From a bacterium (GTDB lineage Bacteria; Patescibacteriota; Microgenomatia; Curtissbacterales; GWA2-41-24): 64,000 nt of DNA. Every line of letters starts with the position of its first letter. Positions within the stretch are counted from its first letter, which is position 1. A program made the position numbers and the translations under genes. The notes beneath the pieces are model-generated. The model was not told the DNA's origin. It made no database searches and saw only the letters and a list, made by a program, of their open reading frames with translations. This document shows, one piece after another, positions 53,942-62,804 of the stretch. The stretch covers positions 7,800 to 71,799 of the forward strand of contig JAKALT010000003.1 in NCBI GenBank assembly GCA_021813125.1. The letters run 5' to 3'.

Positions 53942-56063
53942 AAGCATGCACATAGAATCATTCAACTTTAGGCAAGAAATAAGACCCTCAAAACCAGACG
54001 TCTTGAATTTGTATCATGAGTTCGTAATCGAAGCTCAACTACGAAACCGACTTATATTAAATAAAGTTAGTCCAGAAAATACTTTAGACACATCAATCGA
54101 TGACCTGATGTGCTTAAGGCAAGCATATGACAGTAGGCTTACACTAGCAATTATTGATCGAAGACTAAATGCGGAATCAATATCTCTCCTCGATGAGGCC
54201 CAAGCTGCACTTGAAAGTGGCAGAGTCAGTATAGCAAAAAGGTTGAAAGAAGCAAAACCGCTTCAAACAGAGAAAAACGAAGCCTTCACCCGAACAGCAC
54301 AGAGGTTACAGCATCTAACATCCCTTGATACACCACACTTACTTGAGCAATACTGCCTGGTGAACCCACACGATTCAAAACTTTTTGCATTTCCATTTAA
54401 AAGAAGCGCCATTTTAAAAGAAGCGCTTGCATTACTACCCTCTCCTGATGCGGTGCTGGGTTTTAAAACGGAACAAATCGACGAGGACACAATAATAACT
54501 CTCTTTCTTAAGCAAGAAGCTGGTTGCGTTGGGTCAATGGAAATCAAAATTGGCGCTGACGAAAAAATGGCAGCGGAAGAGTACAAAAGAAAGAGAAGGA
54601 TTTTAATTGCGATGGAAGGCGACATTGCCGGTCATGCAATCAGGGCATTGGAAAGTGCAAGAGGTTTAAGGGCACTTGGCTACGAACCCGATATTGTAGG
54701 CAGCGGTTACTACACATGGCAGTACCAAGAAGAAGGCTTCAACTGCCTCGCTCCTTTTAGTACAGACGCAACCCTCGAAAGAGAGCACATCATTGCAAAA
54801 GCACGTGGTGAGGGAAAAGGGATGTTTTTCTGGAACTATAGCGATATAAAGGCACGTATAGAAGCAACAAAAATATCGCTGAAAGGTTATGTAAAGTCGG
54901 GTGTGGATTTGTATCTATCGGACATGAACCCAATCGCCGATATGGCAATTTACCAGCTTCAAAGTGAAACAGGTAAGCACTTCCCTACGTTGACAGAAAC
55001 TCACAACATTCGTCTATCACCAAGCCGACCACTCAAAACAGTTAAGCTAAAGGGTGTTCCAATAGGGCAAATAGCAGACAAGATAAATAATTCACGATTA
55101 GTAAGAACACTAGATCCACACCAATGGCGTTACATGGCTACGCATTTTCTTTTCGGCGAAGTTGCAGATGTCTTTATGGGGTTGCCGCTTTCAATTTACT
55201 CTTACATGAATGACAGACAGCAAACTCGATTAAAGTTCACCGACTATCTTTACGGAAAAGATGGAACAATACTTTTCTGGTTTAAACCCGACGATCATTA
55301 TCCAAAAATGTATCAGGTTGGTCTTCATGCCGATAAAGGTGGCCAGACAAAGCCAATCGAGAACAGTCAGGAGTTAAGATTGCCACAGCAAAAAGCCATT
55401 GTTCTAAACGCACAAGGAAGCACATACAACGAAGCTGCCTGGAATATTATAGTTTCCGCACTACGAGAAACGCCCAGCAGCTTTTCCGTTAACGCAACTG
55501 GAATGAAAAAAGACCAGGCACGTCCAATATACGATAGAAACGGAAAAGATACACCCAGACTAGCAGGATATATAGTCGGTTATGCTGCCGGTTATCAATT
55601 AGCTCAAGCTGCAGACGTAGTTATTAACCACGGAGGCTTTGGAACAATTTCGCAATGGCTGCTTGCCACGGCTGACAGAATTAGAAACGAGCAACAAGGA
55701 CTAGACCGTTGCATAGCAGCAAAAAACCCAGAAAAAATTGCCGAATTTCTAAAAAGCTGTCATGGAATATCTCGATCACTTTCTGTTTGCAACACTTTCG
55801 AACAAGAAAACAATGCTCGATCCATAAATGAAACTGGAGGTGAAAACGTTTGCACTGTAACAACCGCAGACGAAGTTCTTAACCAACCCGATCCAAAAGA
55901 ACACATACAGAATATAGTTAAACGCCTGCTAAAAACACCAGTTGACAATAGCGAAAGATTATTCTGGCTGAACCTCGTAAATTACCAGTCCTCAATAAAT
56001 GCGCCCGCGCATGTGGCCCTTATTGTAGACAGAATCATCAGCGCTCAAAAAACAAACACATGA
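53913..56063 (+). CDS. large protein with GT1/GT-B glycosyltransferase-like core
   Basis: RILIAMEGDIAGHAIRALESARGLRALGYEPDIV (GT1 N-terminal acceptor-domain pattern) and INHGGFGTISQ (the HGGxGT donor-domain motif), flanked by long N- and C-terminal extensions. It overlaps the upstream gene by 29 nt and the downstream gene by 4 nt. Confidence 0.45.
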   Translation: MLKKLRVANKSMHIESFNFRQEIRPSKPDVLNLYHEFVIEAQLRNRLILNKVSPENTLDTSIDDLMCLRQAYDSRLTLAIIDRRLNAESISLLDEAQAALESGRVSIAKRLKEAKPLQTEKNEAFTRTAQRLQHLTSLDTPHLLEQYCLVNPHDSKLFAFPFKRSAILKEALALLPSPDAVLGFKTEQIDEDTIITLFLKQEAGCVGSMEIKIGADEKMAAEEYKRKRRILIAMEGDIAGHAIRALESARGLRALGYEPDIVGSGYYTWQYQEEGFNCLAPFSTDATLEREHIIAKARGEGKGMFFWNYSDIKARIEATKISLKGYVKSGVDLYLSDMNPIADMAIYQLQSETGKHFPTLTETHNIRLSPSRPLKTVKLKGVPIGQIADKINNSRLVRTLDPHQWRYMATHFLFGEVADVFMGLPLSIYSYMNDRQQTRLKFTDYLYGKDGTILFWFKPDDHYPKMYQVGLHADKGGQTKPIENSQELRLPQQKAIVLNAQGSTYNEAAWNIIVSALRETPSSFSVNATGMKKDQARPIYDRNGKDTPRLAGYIVGYAAGYQLAQAADVVINHGGFGTISQWLLATADRIRNEQQGLDRCIAAKNPEKIAEFLKSCHGISRSLSVCNTFEQENNARSINETGGENVCTVTTADEVLNQPDPKEHIQNIVKRLLKTPVDNSERLFWLNLVNYQSSINAPAHVALIVDRIISAQKTNT

Positions 56064-56899
56064 TAGAAGCCGAACCACAGATTAGAAATCAACCTTACTC
56101 AGAAATTGGCCAACGGGCTAGAATAAAGGCTGCCATACTAGAAATACCGTCGGGGACTGTAACGCTCTGTAAACATTTCTTTCGCGGCCAAAAATTACCG
56201 AACAAAGAAGCTCAAACAATATTAACGGAAGCCATCGAGAGATTGGATGGTTCCGCACCAGAAAGCTTAAAACTATCACCAAAAATAACTCACAAACTGG
56301 GACAGGGGTTTGAGTCCACGGGCTTTGTTTTTGACACAAAAGAAGGGAGATGGGTAGTAAAAATAGGTTTGCCTAAAAATTGTGTGTCAGGAGTATATTC
56401 CCCATCAACTAACGAATATGCGTCTACAATGATCTGGAACTATAATGCGCTTAATGATACGTATCAAACAGAGCTACCCTATGTAATACCCAGCCCTTAC
56501 TTTGTTGTACCGCCAGGTGGGCAAAACCTACGTACAACCGTCCAAATTCAACCATACGTTGAACAGGTCACGGACACAAAAAGCTTAACTAGCAGCCAAA
56601 AAGACGATCTCATTTCGGAAAGGTTAGCATTTTACGCATTATCGCGTTCGATGCTAAAACGTAAAAAAGTGATGCCCGATTTGGTAAAACAAAAAAATCT
56701 TATAATAGGCACACGCGGAGGGCAACCCCACTATGTTTTAGTTGATGTTGGCTTGTTTCATTTGCAAGCACCTACACCAACATTAAACTTATTGGTATAC
56801 TTTTCACAAAGATTGTCCTTATCAAGGGATATCAGGATCTTAAAAAAAGCAAATAATTCAATAACATTCAGTCGTAACAAAAAATCTCCAATCGTCTAA
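56060..56899 (+). CDS. hypothetical protein with protein-kinase-like fold signatures
   Basis: VVKIGLPK (a VAIK-like Lys), PDLVKQKNLIIG (catalytic-loop-like D..N) and VLVDVGLF (DFG-like). This is a weak assignment. Confidence 0.3.
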   Translation: MIEAEPQIRNQPYSEIGQRARIKAAILEIPSGTVTLCKHFFRGQKLPNKEAQTILTEAIERLDGSAPESLKLSPKITHKLGQGFESTGFVFDTKEGRWVVKIGLPKNCVSGVYSPSTNEYASTMIWNYNALNDTYQTELPYVIPSPYFVVPPGGQNLRTTVQIQPYVEQVTDTKSLTSSQKDDLISERLAFYALSRSMLKRKKVMPDLVKQKNLIIGTRGGQPHYVLVDVGLFHLQAPTPTLNLLVYFSQRLSLSRDIRILKKANNSITFSRNKKSPIV

Positions 56900-56908
56900 A
56901 ATACATAC

Positions 56909-57823
56909 ATGCCCAGACCTATCTATAGAAAAATTCGCGTTCCGTTAATTCTTGCCTCAATTTTTATAATCGTCTTATATATCTCCAGCAAAAACACCAA
57001 AACCTACATCACCCCTTATTTTTTCGGTGCTAAAAACAACCTCACACAAATATTCAGCGATAAACCTAATAAGCAAATTCAAACTTTCCTTGAAGGAGAA
57101 GTTTCCAAACTGCCGGGAAATTATGGCGTCTATATTAAAGACTTAAAACACCAAACAATTTATTCCGTAAACGAAAACCAGCAGTTCCAAACCGCAAGCA
57201 TCTACAAACTTGCGGTAATGTACAAAGCTTACGACGCCATCTCAAAAGGCGAACTCTCCAAAGATGATGTCCTGACAGAAGACGAGTACACGCTAGACCA
57301 AATACTTAGCCCTGAGGAAAGTAATGTTACAGACTCAACCGTTACCTACAATGTCGCGGACGCCCTAAAAGCCATGATTACCGTCTCCGACAACTATTCT
57401 GCGCTTCTTCTGGCCCACAAACTTGGTTGGCAAAACATAGACGACTTCCTTCATCAACAAAACATTTCCGGTTTCGACCTTGTCTATCAGGAACAGCCAA
57501 AGTCAACGGCAAAGGCTGTCGGTGAAATTTTAGAAAGGATCCACAACAATACGGCTGTCAATTCCCAAAGTTCCGAAGAAATGAAAGCATTACTCCTGGC
57601 TCAGCAAGTCAACGACAAAATCCCCAAATACCTGCCTTCCGACATTAAAATTGCCCACAAAACCGGAGAACTCGACAACATTAGAAACGACGCCGCAATA
57701 ATTTACGGCAAAAACAGCACCTATATTTTTGTTGTTCTTTCAGAAGCCCCCGTACCCGAAGAAGCAACGGATGAAATCGCCCAACTGTCCAAAAAAATGT
57801 ACGACAAGCTGGAAGAAGACTAA
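56909..57823 (+). CDS. class A beta-lactamase-like serine hydrolase
   Basis: N-terminal TM/signal region, then SxxK (ASIYKL), SDN (TVSDNYS) and KTG (HKTGEL) motifs in canonical order. Confidence 0.6.
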   Translation: MPRPIYRKIRVPLILASIFIIVLYISSKNTKTYITPYFFGAKNNLTQIFSDKPNKQIQTFLEGEVSKLPGNYGVYIKDLKHQTIYSVNENQQFQTASIYKLAVMYKAYDAISKGELSKDDVLTEDEYTLDQILSPEESNVTDSTVTYNVADALKAMITVSDNYSALLLAHKLGWQNIDDFLHQQNISGFDLVYQEQPKSTAKAVGEILERIHNNTAVNSQSSEEMKALLLAQQVNDKIPKYLPSDIKIAHKTGELDNIRNDAAIIYGKNSTYIFVVLSEAPVPEEATDEIAQLSKKMYDKLEED

Positions 57824-57875
57824 GGTCGCTTATACCTTGAAATAGCCCCTGTCTTTAGCGTATACTTCCAAAACT

Positions 57876-58301
57876 ATGGCTAAGAAAATAAAGGCAATTG
57901 TCAAATTAAATGTAAAAGGCGGTCAGGCAACCGCTGCCCCGCCTGTAGGCCCGGCTCTTTCACAACATGGCTTACCAATTATGGATTTTGTCAAAAGTTT
58001 TAACGACAGAACCAAAGACCAGCAGGGCACCATTTTGCCTGTAGTCGTCACAATTTACGAAGACCGCACTTTTTCCTTTTTAGTTAAAAAACCGCCAGTT
58101 GCCATTCTTATCAAAAAAGCTCTCAATCTGGAAAAAGCCGCTAAAACTCCGGGTAAGCAAACGGTCGCAAAAATGCAAAAGGCTCAAGCAAAAAAAATAG
58201 CAGAAGAAAAAATGGAAGATTTAAACACAAAAGATATCGAAGCGGCCATTAAAATAGTTGAAGGCACCGCTCGCAGTATGGGTGTGGAGGTCACGGAATA
58301 A
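57876..58301 (+). CDS. rplK: 50S ribosomal protein L11
   Basis: AIVKLNVKGGQATAAPPVGPALSQHGLPIMDFVKSFN is the L11 signature. Confidence 0.9.
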   Translation: MAKKIKAIVKLNVKGGQATAAPPVGPALSQHGLPIMDFVKSFNDRTKDQQGTILPVVVTIYEDRTFSFLVKKPPVAILIKKALNLEKAAKTPGKQTVAKMQKAQAKKIAEEKMEDLNTKDIEAAIKIVEGTARSMGVEVTE

Positions 58302-59233
58302 TGGGAACTACTAGAATTAAAGTAATCGATTTATCATCAAGCCAGCAGGAGATCAAAACCTCCCGGAAGCATGCGGAAAAATTGGCAGGCGTTCCAAAGC
58401 TGGAAAAAGAGGAAAAAGAAAAAAAACAACAGGAAAAACACGCAGAAAGCACCCAACCTCAGGATCAGGCAGTTGACGCAGCAGAAAACCAGGCAGAAGA
58501 AACTGTCACCCAAAACGCCGAGCCGGTAGCCGAAACACCCAAAAAAGCCGCATCGGTCACACCTAAGAAAAAGGCCACAAGCCACCGCGGATCAAATTAC
58601 GAAAAAGCTAAAAAATTGGTTGAGGACAAACTTTACAATGTTCAGGAAGCACTGGACCTTCTTCCAAAAACTTCGTTTACCAAATTCGACCCGACCGTAG
58701 AAATACACTTGGGCGTTTCCGAAAAAAGTGTTAAGGGATCCGTTAATTTTCCTTATTTGGAAGTCAAAAAGCAAGAAAAGAAATATCTGGTTTTTGCAGA
58801 CACCAAACCCCAGTCTGAAGCAAAAAACATCATTTTCGCAACCGAAAAAACAATAGAAGATCTGGAAAGCGGCAAGCTTAAACCTTCACGCGATTTCGAT
58901 GTAGTGGTTGCAAGTCCAAAGTTCATGCCGGCTCTTGCCAAAGTCGCCAAAATTTTAGGCCCACGCGGCTTAATGCCCAACCCTAAAAACGGCACAGTGA
59001 CAGAAAATTTTGATAAATTTGTGGAAGATTCTAAAACCGCAAGCACCCAGTTTAAATCCGATCCATCCTCGCCTGTCGTTCACATAAAAATCGGCAAACT
59101 CTCCCAAAAACCGGACGAACTTTCAAAAAACATGAAGGCTCTGGTTTTGGCAATCGGTTCTTCCAAAATCAAAAAGGCTACAATAACTACCACTATGGGA
59201 CCGGCCATAAAAATCGATCCGGCTACTCTTTAA
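58301..59233 (+). CDS. rplA: 50S ribosomal protein L1 with N-terminal extension of about 95 aa
   Basis: The C-terminal 215 aa align with L1 (GPRGLMPNPKNGTVT). The N-terminal region is Lys/Glu/Gln-rich low complexity. Confidence 0.85.
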   Translation: MGTTRIKVIDLSSSQQEIKTSRKHAEKLAGVPKLEKEEKEKKQQEKHAESTQPQDQAVDAAENQAEETVTQNAEPVAETPKKAASVTPKKKATSHRGSNYEKAKKLVEDKLYNVQEALDLLPKTSFTKFDPTVEIHLGVSEKSVKGSVNFPYLEVKKQEKKYLVFADTKPQSEAKNIIFATEKTIEDLESGKLKPSRDFDVVVASPKFMPALAKVAKILGPRGLMPNPKNGTVTENFDKFVEDSKTASTQFKSDPSSPVVHIKIGKLSQKPDELSKNMKALVLAIGSSKIKKATITTTMGPAIKIDPATL

Positions 59234-59261
59234 ATTCCGCCAAAATCAAGTCCTTGACAGT

Positions 59262-59295
59262 AAGCCTTGCATCTGATAATTTTCCCCTGCTAATT
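59262..59295 (+). promoter_or_regulatory. candidate sigma70-like promoter in the rplA-rplJ spacer
   Basis: TTGACA, then 14-15 nt, then TGATAAT. Confidence 0.3.
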
Positions 59296-59480
59296 CCTAA
59301 TTCTGCCTTGATCATTAGTATTGTGACAAAAACACATTTTCATAAAGAAACGGGGGACGAAACCCCGCACCTTTAATGCTTAATTATTCTAAAAATGCGC
59401 GAATCAAAAATAAAGGTCGAGAACTTCCAGAATTTTGCACTTTGCACTTCGAATTTTAAATTGCAAAGGAGGTGATATAA

Positions 59481-59576
59481 ATGATCGATGAAACACGCAT
59501 TATTGACGACGAAGACGACGACGAAGAAGAATCAAAAGACGAGGACGAAGAATCAGACGAGGACGACGCAGCATAG
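59481..59576 (+). CDS. small ORF encoding a 31-aa highly acidic peptide
   Basis: MIDETRIIDDEDDDEEESKDEDEESDEDDAA, preceded by a consensus Shine-Dalgarno AAGGAGGTG at -8 and followed by a hairpin/T-run. It is not in the ORF track because it is shorter than 60 aa. Confidence 0.3.
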   Translation: MIDETRIIDDEDDDEEESKDEDEESDEDDAA

Positions 59577-59686
59577 TCCGAAAGTTTCTTAAAAGCCTCA
59601 CGAAACTAACTTTCTGGGGCTTTTTTGTTGCAAAGACATTAGTCAAAAATCTACAATTATGATACGGGAAAGGTACACAACATCAT

Positions 59687-60028
59687 ATGCTTCGCTTTAA
59701 TTGGTCTGTCATTGCAATAGCCTCAGGTATGTCATTCGTTATATGGGCTATTTTGTTTAGGGTCTTTTTCGCCGAAGCCGGCTCCAAACTCGTCGGCACA
59801 AGTCAGGGCATGTGGATAGGGCCGCATTTTCTCTACTTCGACAACGCTGCCACCACCACTGCAGCAATAGTGTCAGAATTGCAGTCGGTATTGCTAACAA
59901 GGCAAAAAAGGATTCTAGCACTGGTTCTAACCGGGGCAATCGTCGCAGTCTTAGCCGCGTTGATCTCGATGTACAGCGCAGAGAAGCTGCCTCCTTTTAC
60001 AATACCAGTTATTCCTTCCACATATTGA
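59687..60028 (+). CDS. hypothetical membrane protein
   Basis: 113 aa with about 3 TM helices. It lies between rplA and rplJ. Confidence 0.35.
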   Translation: MLRFNWSVIAIASGMSFVIWAILFRVFFAEAGSKLVGTSQGMWIGPHFLYFDNAATTTAAIVSELQSVLLTRQKRILALVLTGAIVAVLAALISMYSAEKLPPFTIPVIPSTY

Positions 60029-60181
60029 CAATTACCCCAAAAATCTTGTTAAATACCCTCAATCCAAAGACCGTAGGCATATCGGGCAAAATCCGATATT
60101 TAATATTCCTACGCAGGAAAAAGCAAAACGTTTATTCCTCTTTGGCCGCAAGTCGGCCATTTTCTTTGGATATACATTCAA

Positions 60182-60736
60182 ATGAAAAAACACACTAAGT
60201 CGGCTCGCGAGATAAAGGGAGAAAAAATCCAAAACCTGGCCGAAAAATTTAAAAAGGCAAAGACTCTAACGTTTGCCGACTACCGCGGCTTAACGGCAAA
60301 CCAAATCGCAATACTTCGCTCAAAAATTAAAGCCTCGGGTGGCGAAATGCTGGTTGAAAAAAATACACTTATCTCTTTGGCCCTCAAGGATTCCGGCCAC
60401 AAGTTGGAAAAATCCCAAGACCCCAAAGGCACACTTCTCACCGGCCCAACCGCAACTATTTTAGCTTACGAAGACGAAATAGCACCGATAAAAGAAACAG
60501 CCCAAAGCGCAAAAGAGGTTGGTTTACCAAGTTTTAAATTTGGCTTTTTCGGTCTTGAATTCCTAAACTCCCAGGGCCTTGAAAGTTTATCTAAAATCCC
60601 CGGCCGCGAAGCCCTTCAAGCCAAATTAGTCGGGTCTCTTTCCTCACCTATCTACGGCATTGTTGGAGTTTTAGGAGCCAACCTAAGAAACCTTGTATAT
60701 ACTCTCAGTGCGATAAAAGATAGCAAATCCCAATGA
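60182..60736 (+). CDS. rplJ: 50S ribosomal protein L10
   Basis: KTLTFADYRGLTANQIAILRSKIKASGGEMLVEKNTL is the L10 signature. It sits upstream of rplL. Confidence 0.8.
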   Translation: MKKHTKSAREIKGEKIQNLAEKFKKAKTLTFADYRGLTANQIAILRSKIKASGGEMLVEKNTLISLALKDSGHKLEKSQDPKGTLLTGPTATILAYEDEIAPIKETAQSAKEVGLPSFKFGFFGLEFLNSQGLESLSKIPGREALQAKLVGSLSSPIYGIVGVLGANLRNLVYTLSAIKDSKSQ

Positions 60737-60780
60737 ACAATGAACTATTAACTATAAACTTTCTAAAGGAGGTGAATTAA

Positions 60781-61377
60781 ATGGCAGACGACGATCAAAA
60801 ACAACAGGACGCACAAGACAAGGCAGAAGAGGCAGCCGATAAGGCTGAGGAAGCTGCAGACAAAGCTGAAGAAGCAGCAGAAAAAGCAGAAGAGGCAGTT
60901 GAAGAAGTAAAAGAAGAGGTAAAAGAGGTTAAAGTTGAGATAAAGGAAGAAAAGGCCGAAGCAAAGGAAGAGAAAAAAGAATCACCTAAGGTCAGCAAAA
61001 AACTTGAAGGCCTAATCGGGGATATCGAAAAACTTTCCGTTTTGGAACTTTCGGAATTGGTAAAAGCCTTAGAAGCAAAGTTTGGAGTTTCCGCAGCACC
61101 TCAGGTAGTTGCCGGAGGAGCAGCCCCAGCTTCAGCTGCAGGAGACGAGGGAGCAAGCGAACAGACAACTTTTAACGTTGTTTTGGCAGAAGCCGGAGCA
61201 AACAAAATCTCCGTCATCAAAGCAGTTCGTGAGTTGGTTCCAACATTAGGGCTTAAAGAGGCTAAAGACTTGGTAGATACTGCACCTAAACAGGTGTTAG
61301 AAGGCGTCAACAAAGAAACGGCAAACGAAGCTAAAACTAAACTCGAAGCAGCAGGCGCTAAAGTAGAACTCAAATAG
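60781..61377 (+). CDS. rplL: 50S ribosomal protein L7/L12 with N-terminal extension of about 70 aa
   Basis: The C-terminal 125 aa are canonical ([19 protein letters not shown]...KEAKDLVD...AKVELK). The N-terminal roughly 70 aa consist of Ala/Glu/Lys-rich repeats (DKAEEAA x3). Confidence 0.85.
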   Translation: MADDDQKQQDAQDKAEEAADKAEEAADKAEEAAEKAEEAVEEVKEEVKEVKVEIKEEKAEAKEEKKESPKVSKKLEGLIGDIEKLSVLELSELVKALEAKFGVSAAPQVVAGGAAPASAAGDEGASEQTTFNVVLAEAGANKISVIKAVRELVPTLGLKEAKDLVDTAPKQVLEGVNKETANEAKTKLEAAGAKVELK

Positions 61378-61400
61378 CTTAACAAAGGTCTGGCTCAGAA

Positions 61401-61448
61401 AAAGGGCAGGCCTTTGTTGGGTATTTTCAACGTAAAGACCTGCCCTTA
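61401..61448. repeat. palindromic hairpin element copy downstream of rplL
   Basis: AAAGGGCAGGCCTTTG...AAAGACCTGCCCTTA. It likely also acts as the rplL terminator. Confidence 0.55.
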
Positions 61449-61629
61449 ATCAAAGCACAGTATAGGGCTGACCTTGAGCTATTGACCTGTAATCATAAAA
61501 CCAAGCCATAACCTTCTTTTTGCCCACTTGACCGCCGATTTTTCCCATGATACATTGGAGTCCGAAAGTGATTCTTTTGCTTTCTAGAATGACCATGTTT
61601 AAAAACGCTATATTTCTTCCTAACTCTGA

Positions 61630-61659
61630 CTTATCACTTATCACTTATCACTTATCACT
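61630..61659. promoter_or_regulatory. tandem heptamer direct repeat (CTTATCA)x4 immediately upstream of the HTH gene start
   Basis: CTTATCACTTATCACTTATCACTTATCA ends 4 nt before the ATG at 61663. Confidence 0.4.
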
Positions 61660-61662
61660 ATT

Positions 61663-61875
61663 ATGGCATTAGGAGACGACTGGCCGGATTTGTTAACCGT
61701 TAAAGAAGTAGCAAAAATACTTCGTGTTGCCCCACTCACAGTCAAACGATGGGGCAAACGCGGCAAACTCCCGGCAATCCGCATCAACTCCCGCGGCGAC
61801 CGCAGGTATAAGAAGGAAGCCGTCCTTTGGCTTTTAGGCGCCATAAAATCCGGAAGCACCTCGGTAAACGAATAA
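61663..61875 (+). CDS. excisionase-family helix-turn-helix DNA-binding protein
   Basis: LTVKEVAKILRVAPLTVKRWGKRGKLPAIRINSRGDRRYKKEAV matches the MerR-superfamily/excisionase-type HTH pattern. Confidence 0.55.
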   Translation: MALGDDWPDLLTVKEVAKILRVAPLTVKRWGKRGKLPAIRINSRGDRRYKKEAVLWLLGAIKSGSTSVNE

Positions 61876-62759
61876 AAGGTTTGCTTGCTTTTAAATTACC
61901 CCAAACTTATAATCCAGCTGCCAATATGGCTTTAGCAGAAATACCGCGCTTTTCAGATACACCAAGAGTACCCGAAATAGCCTCGGCACGTCGTTCATTA
62001 ATATACACCTTCGACTGTTGGCTTGGACCAACCGAGAAGGACAAACAAGCGGCAAAAGAAATTATGGAAGAGAGATGCGCTGTAGCCGCTAAAAAATATT
62101 TTTCAGCCGAGTACGAAACGGATTCTCAAAGACCAGCCATTGCTTGTTTCGCTGGCGAACACGAAAACGAGGATCTCCCCGGCTCGCAAAGAATACAAGA
62201 AATCTTAATTGGCCTTGGTGTTCCTGAAGAAAAAATTGTGACAGGTGCCAACACCATAACCACCGTTTACGACCTAGCCGCAATGCATGCATTTTCATCC
62301 GCTTACGGAATCGAAGAAACAACTATCGTTACTAGCAACTTTCACAAGCGTAGAACCCGAAAAGAAGTCGCTAACCATTTTAATAGACCAGGGAGAAAAA
62401 AACATAGACCAACGATTGAAATTCTGACGCCTTCATCAAGGAGCCTAAATCAATTAGCATTTGCACCAGATATGTCAATGAGCTTACAAATCCAAATCGA
62501 GGGGCTTATTCACCGCGGTCAGCAAAGGAAAATTGTGCCTCAAGAAATTGCAGCAACGGCAATTGCCTACATTCCAAACAGAAAGCTCCGAAGATACATT
62601 CAAGATCCAATCGAGAGAAAAACTCACGCTCATACTCCAAGACAACTCGCCAGAATCGAAAACTTAACAGCCCGTATGATACAAGATTGGGAAAAAGTAA
62701 GAGCTCAAGCGCTAGCAGCTAAAAAACCAAAATTTCCCGACATCCCGGCACATGGATAA
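61827..62759 (+). CDS. DUF218 (YdcF/ElyC-like) domain protein
   Basis: IACFAGEHENEDLP..QEILIGLGVPEEKIVTGANTITTVYDLA...IVTSNFHKRRT matches the DUF218 pattern (S.NT.ENA...VTS.FH..R). The true start may be the internal Met at 61926, because the track start overlaps the HTH gene by 49 nt. Confidence 0.5.
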   Translation: MAFRRHKIRKHLGKRIKGLLAFKLPQTYNPAANMALAEIPRFSDTPRVPEIASARRSLIYTFDCWLGPTEKDKQAAKEIMEERCAVAAKKYFSAEYETDSQRPAIACFAGEHENEDLPGSQRIQEILIGLGVPEEKIVTGANTITTVYDLAAMHAFSSAYGIEETTIVTSNFHKRRTRKEVANHFNRPGRKKHRPTIEILTPSSRSLNQLAFAPDMSMSLQIQIEGLIHRGQQRKIVPQEIAATAIAYIPNRKLRRYIQDPIERKTHAHTPRQLARIENLTARMIQDWEKVRAQALAAKKPKFPDIPAHG

Positions 62760-62804
62760 TTTTTATCCCCAAAATTGGCTCATTTGCTAAAAAGGGCAGG
62801 TAAT

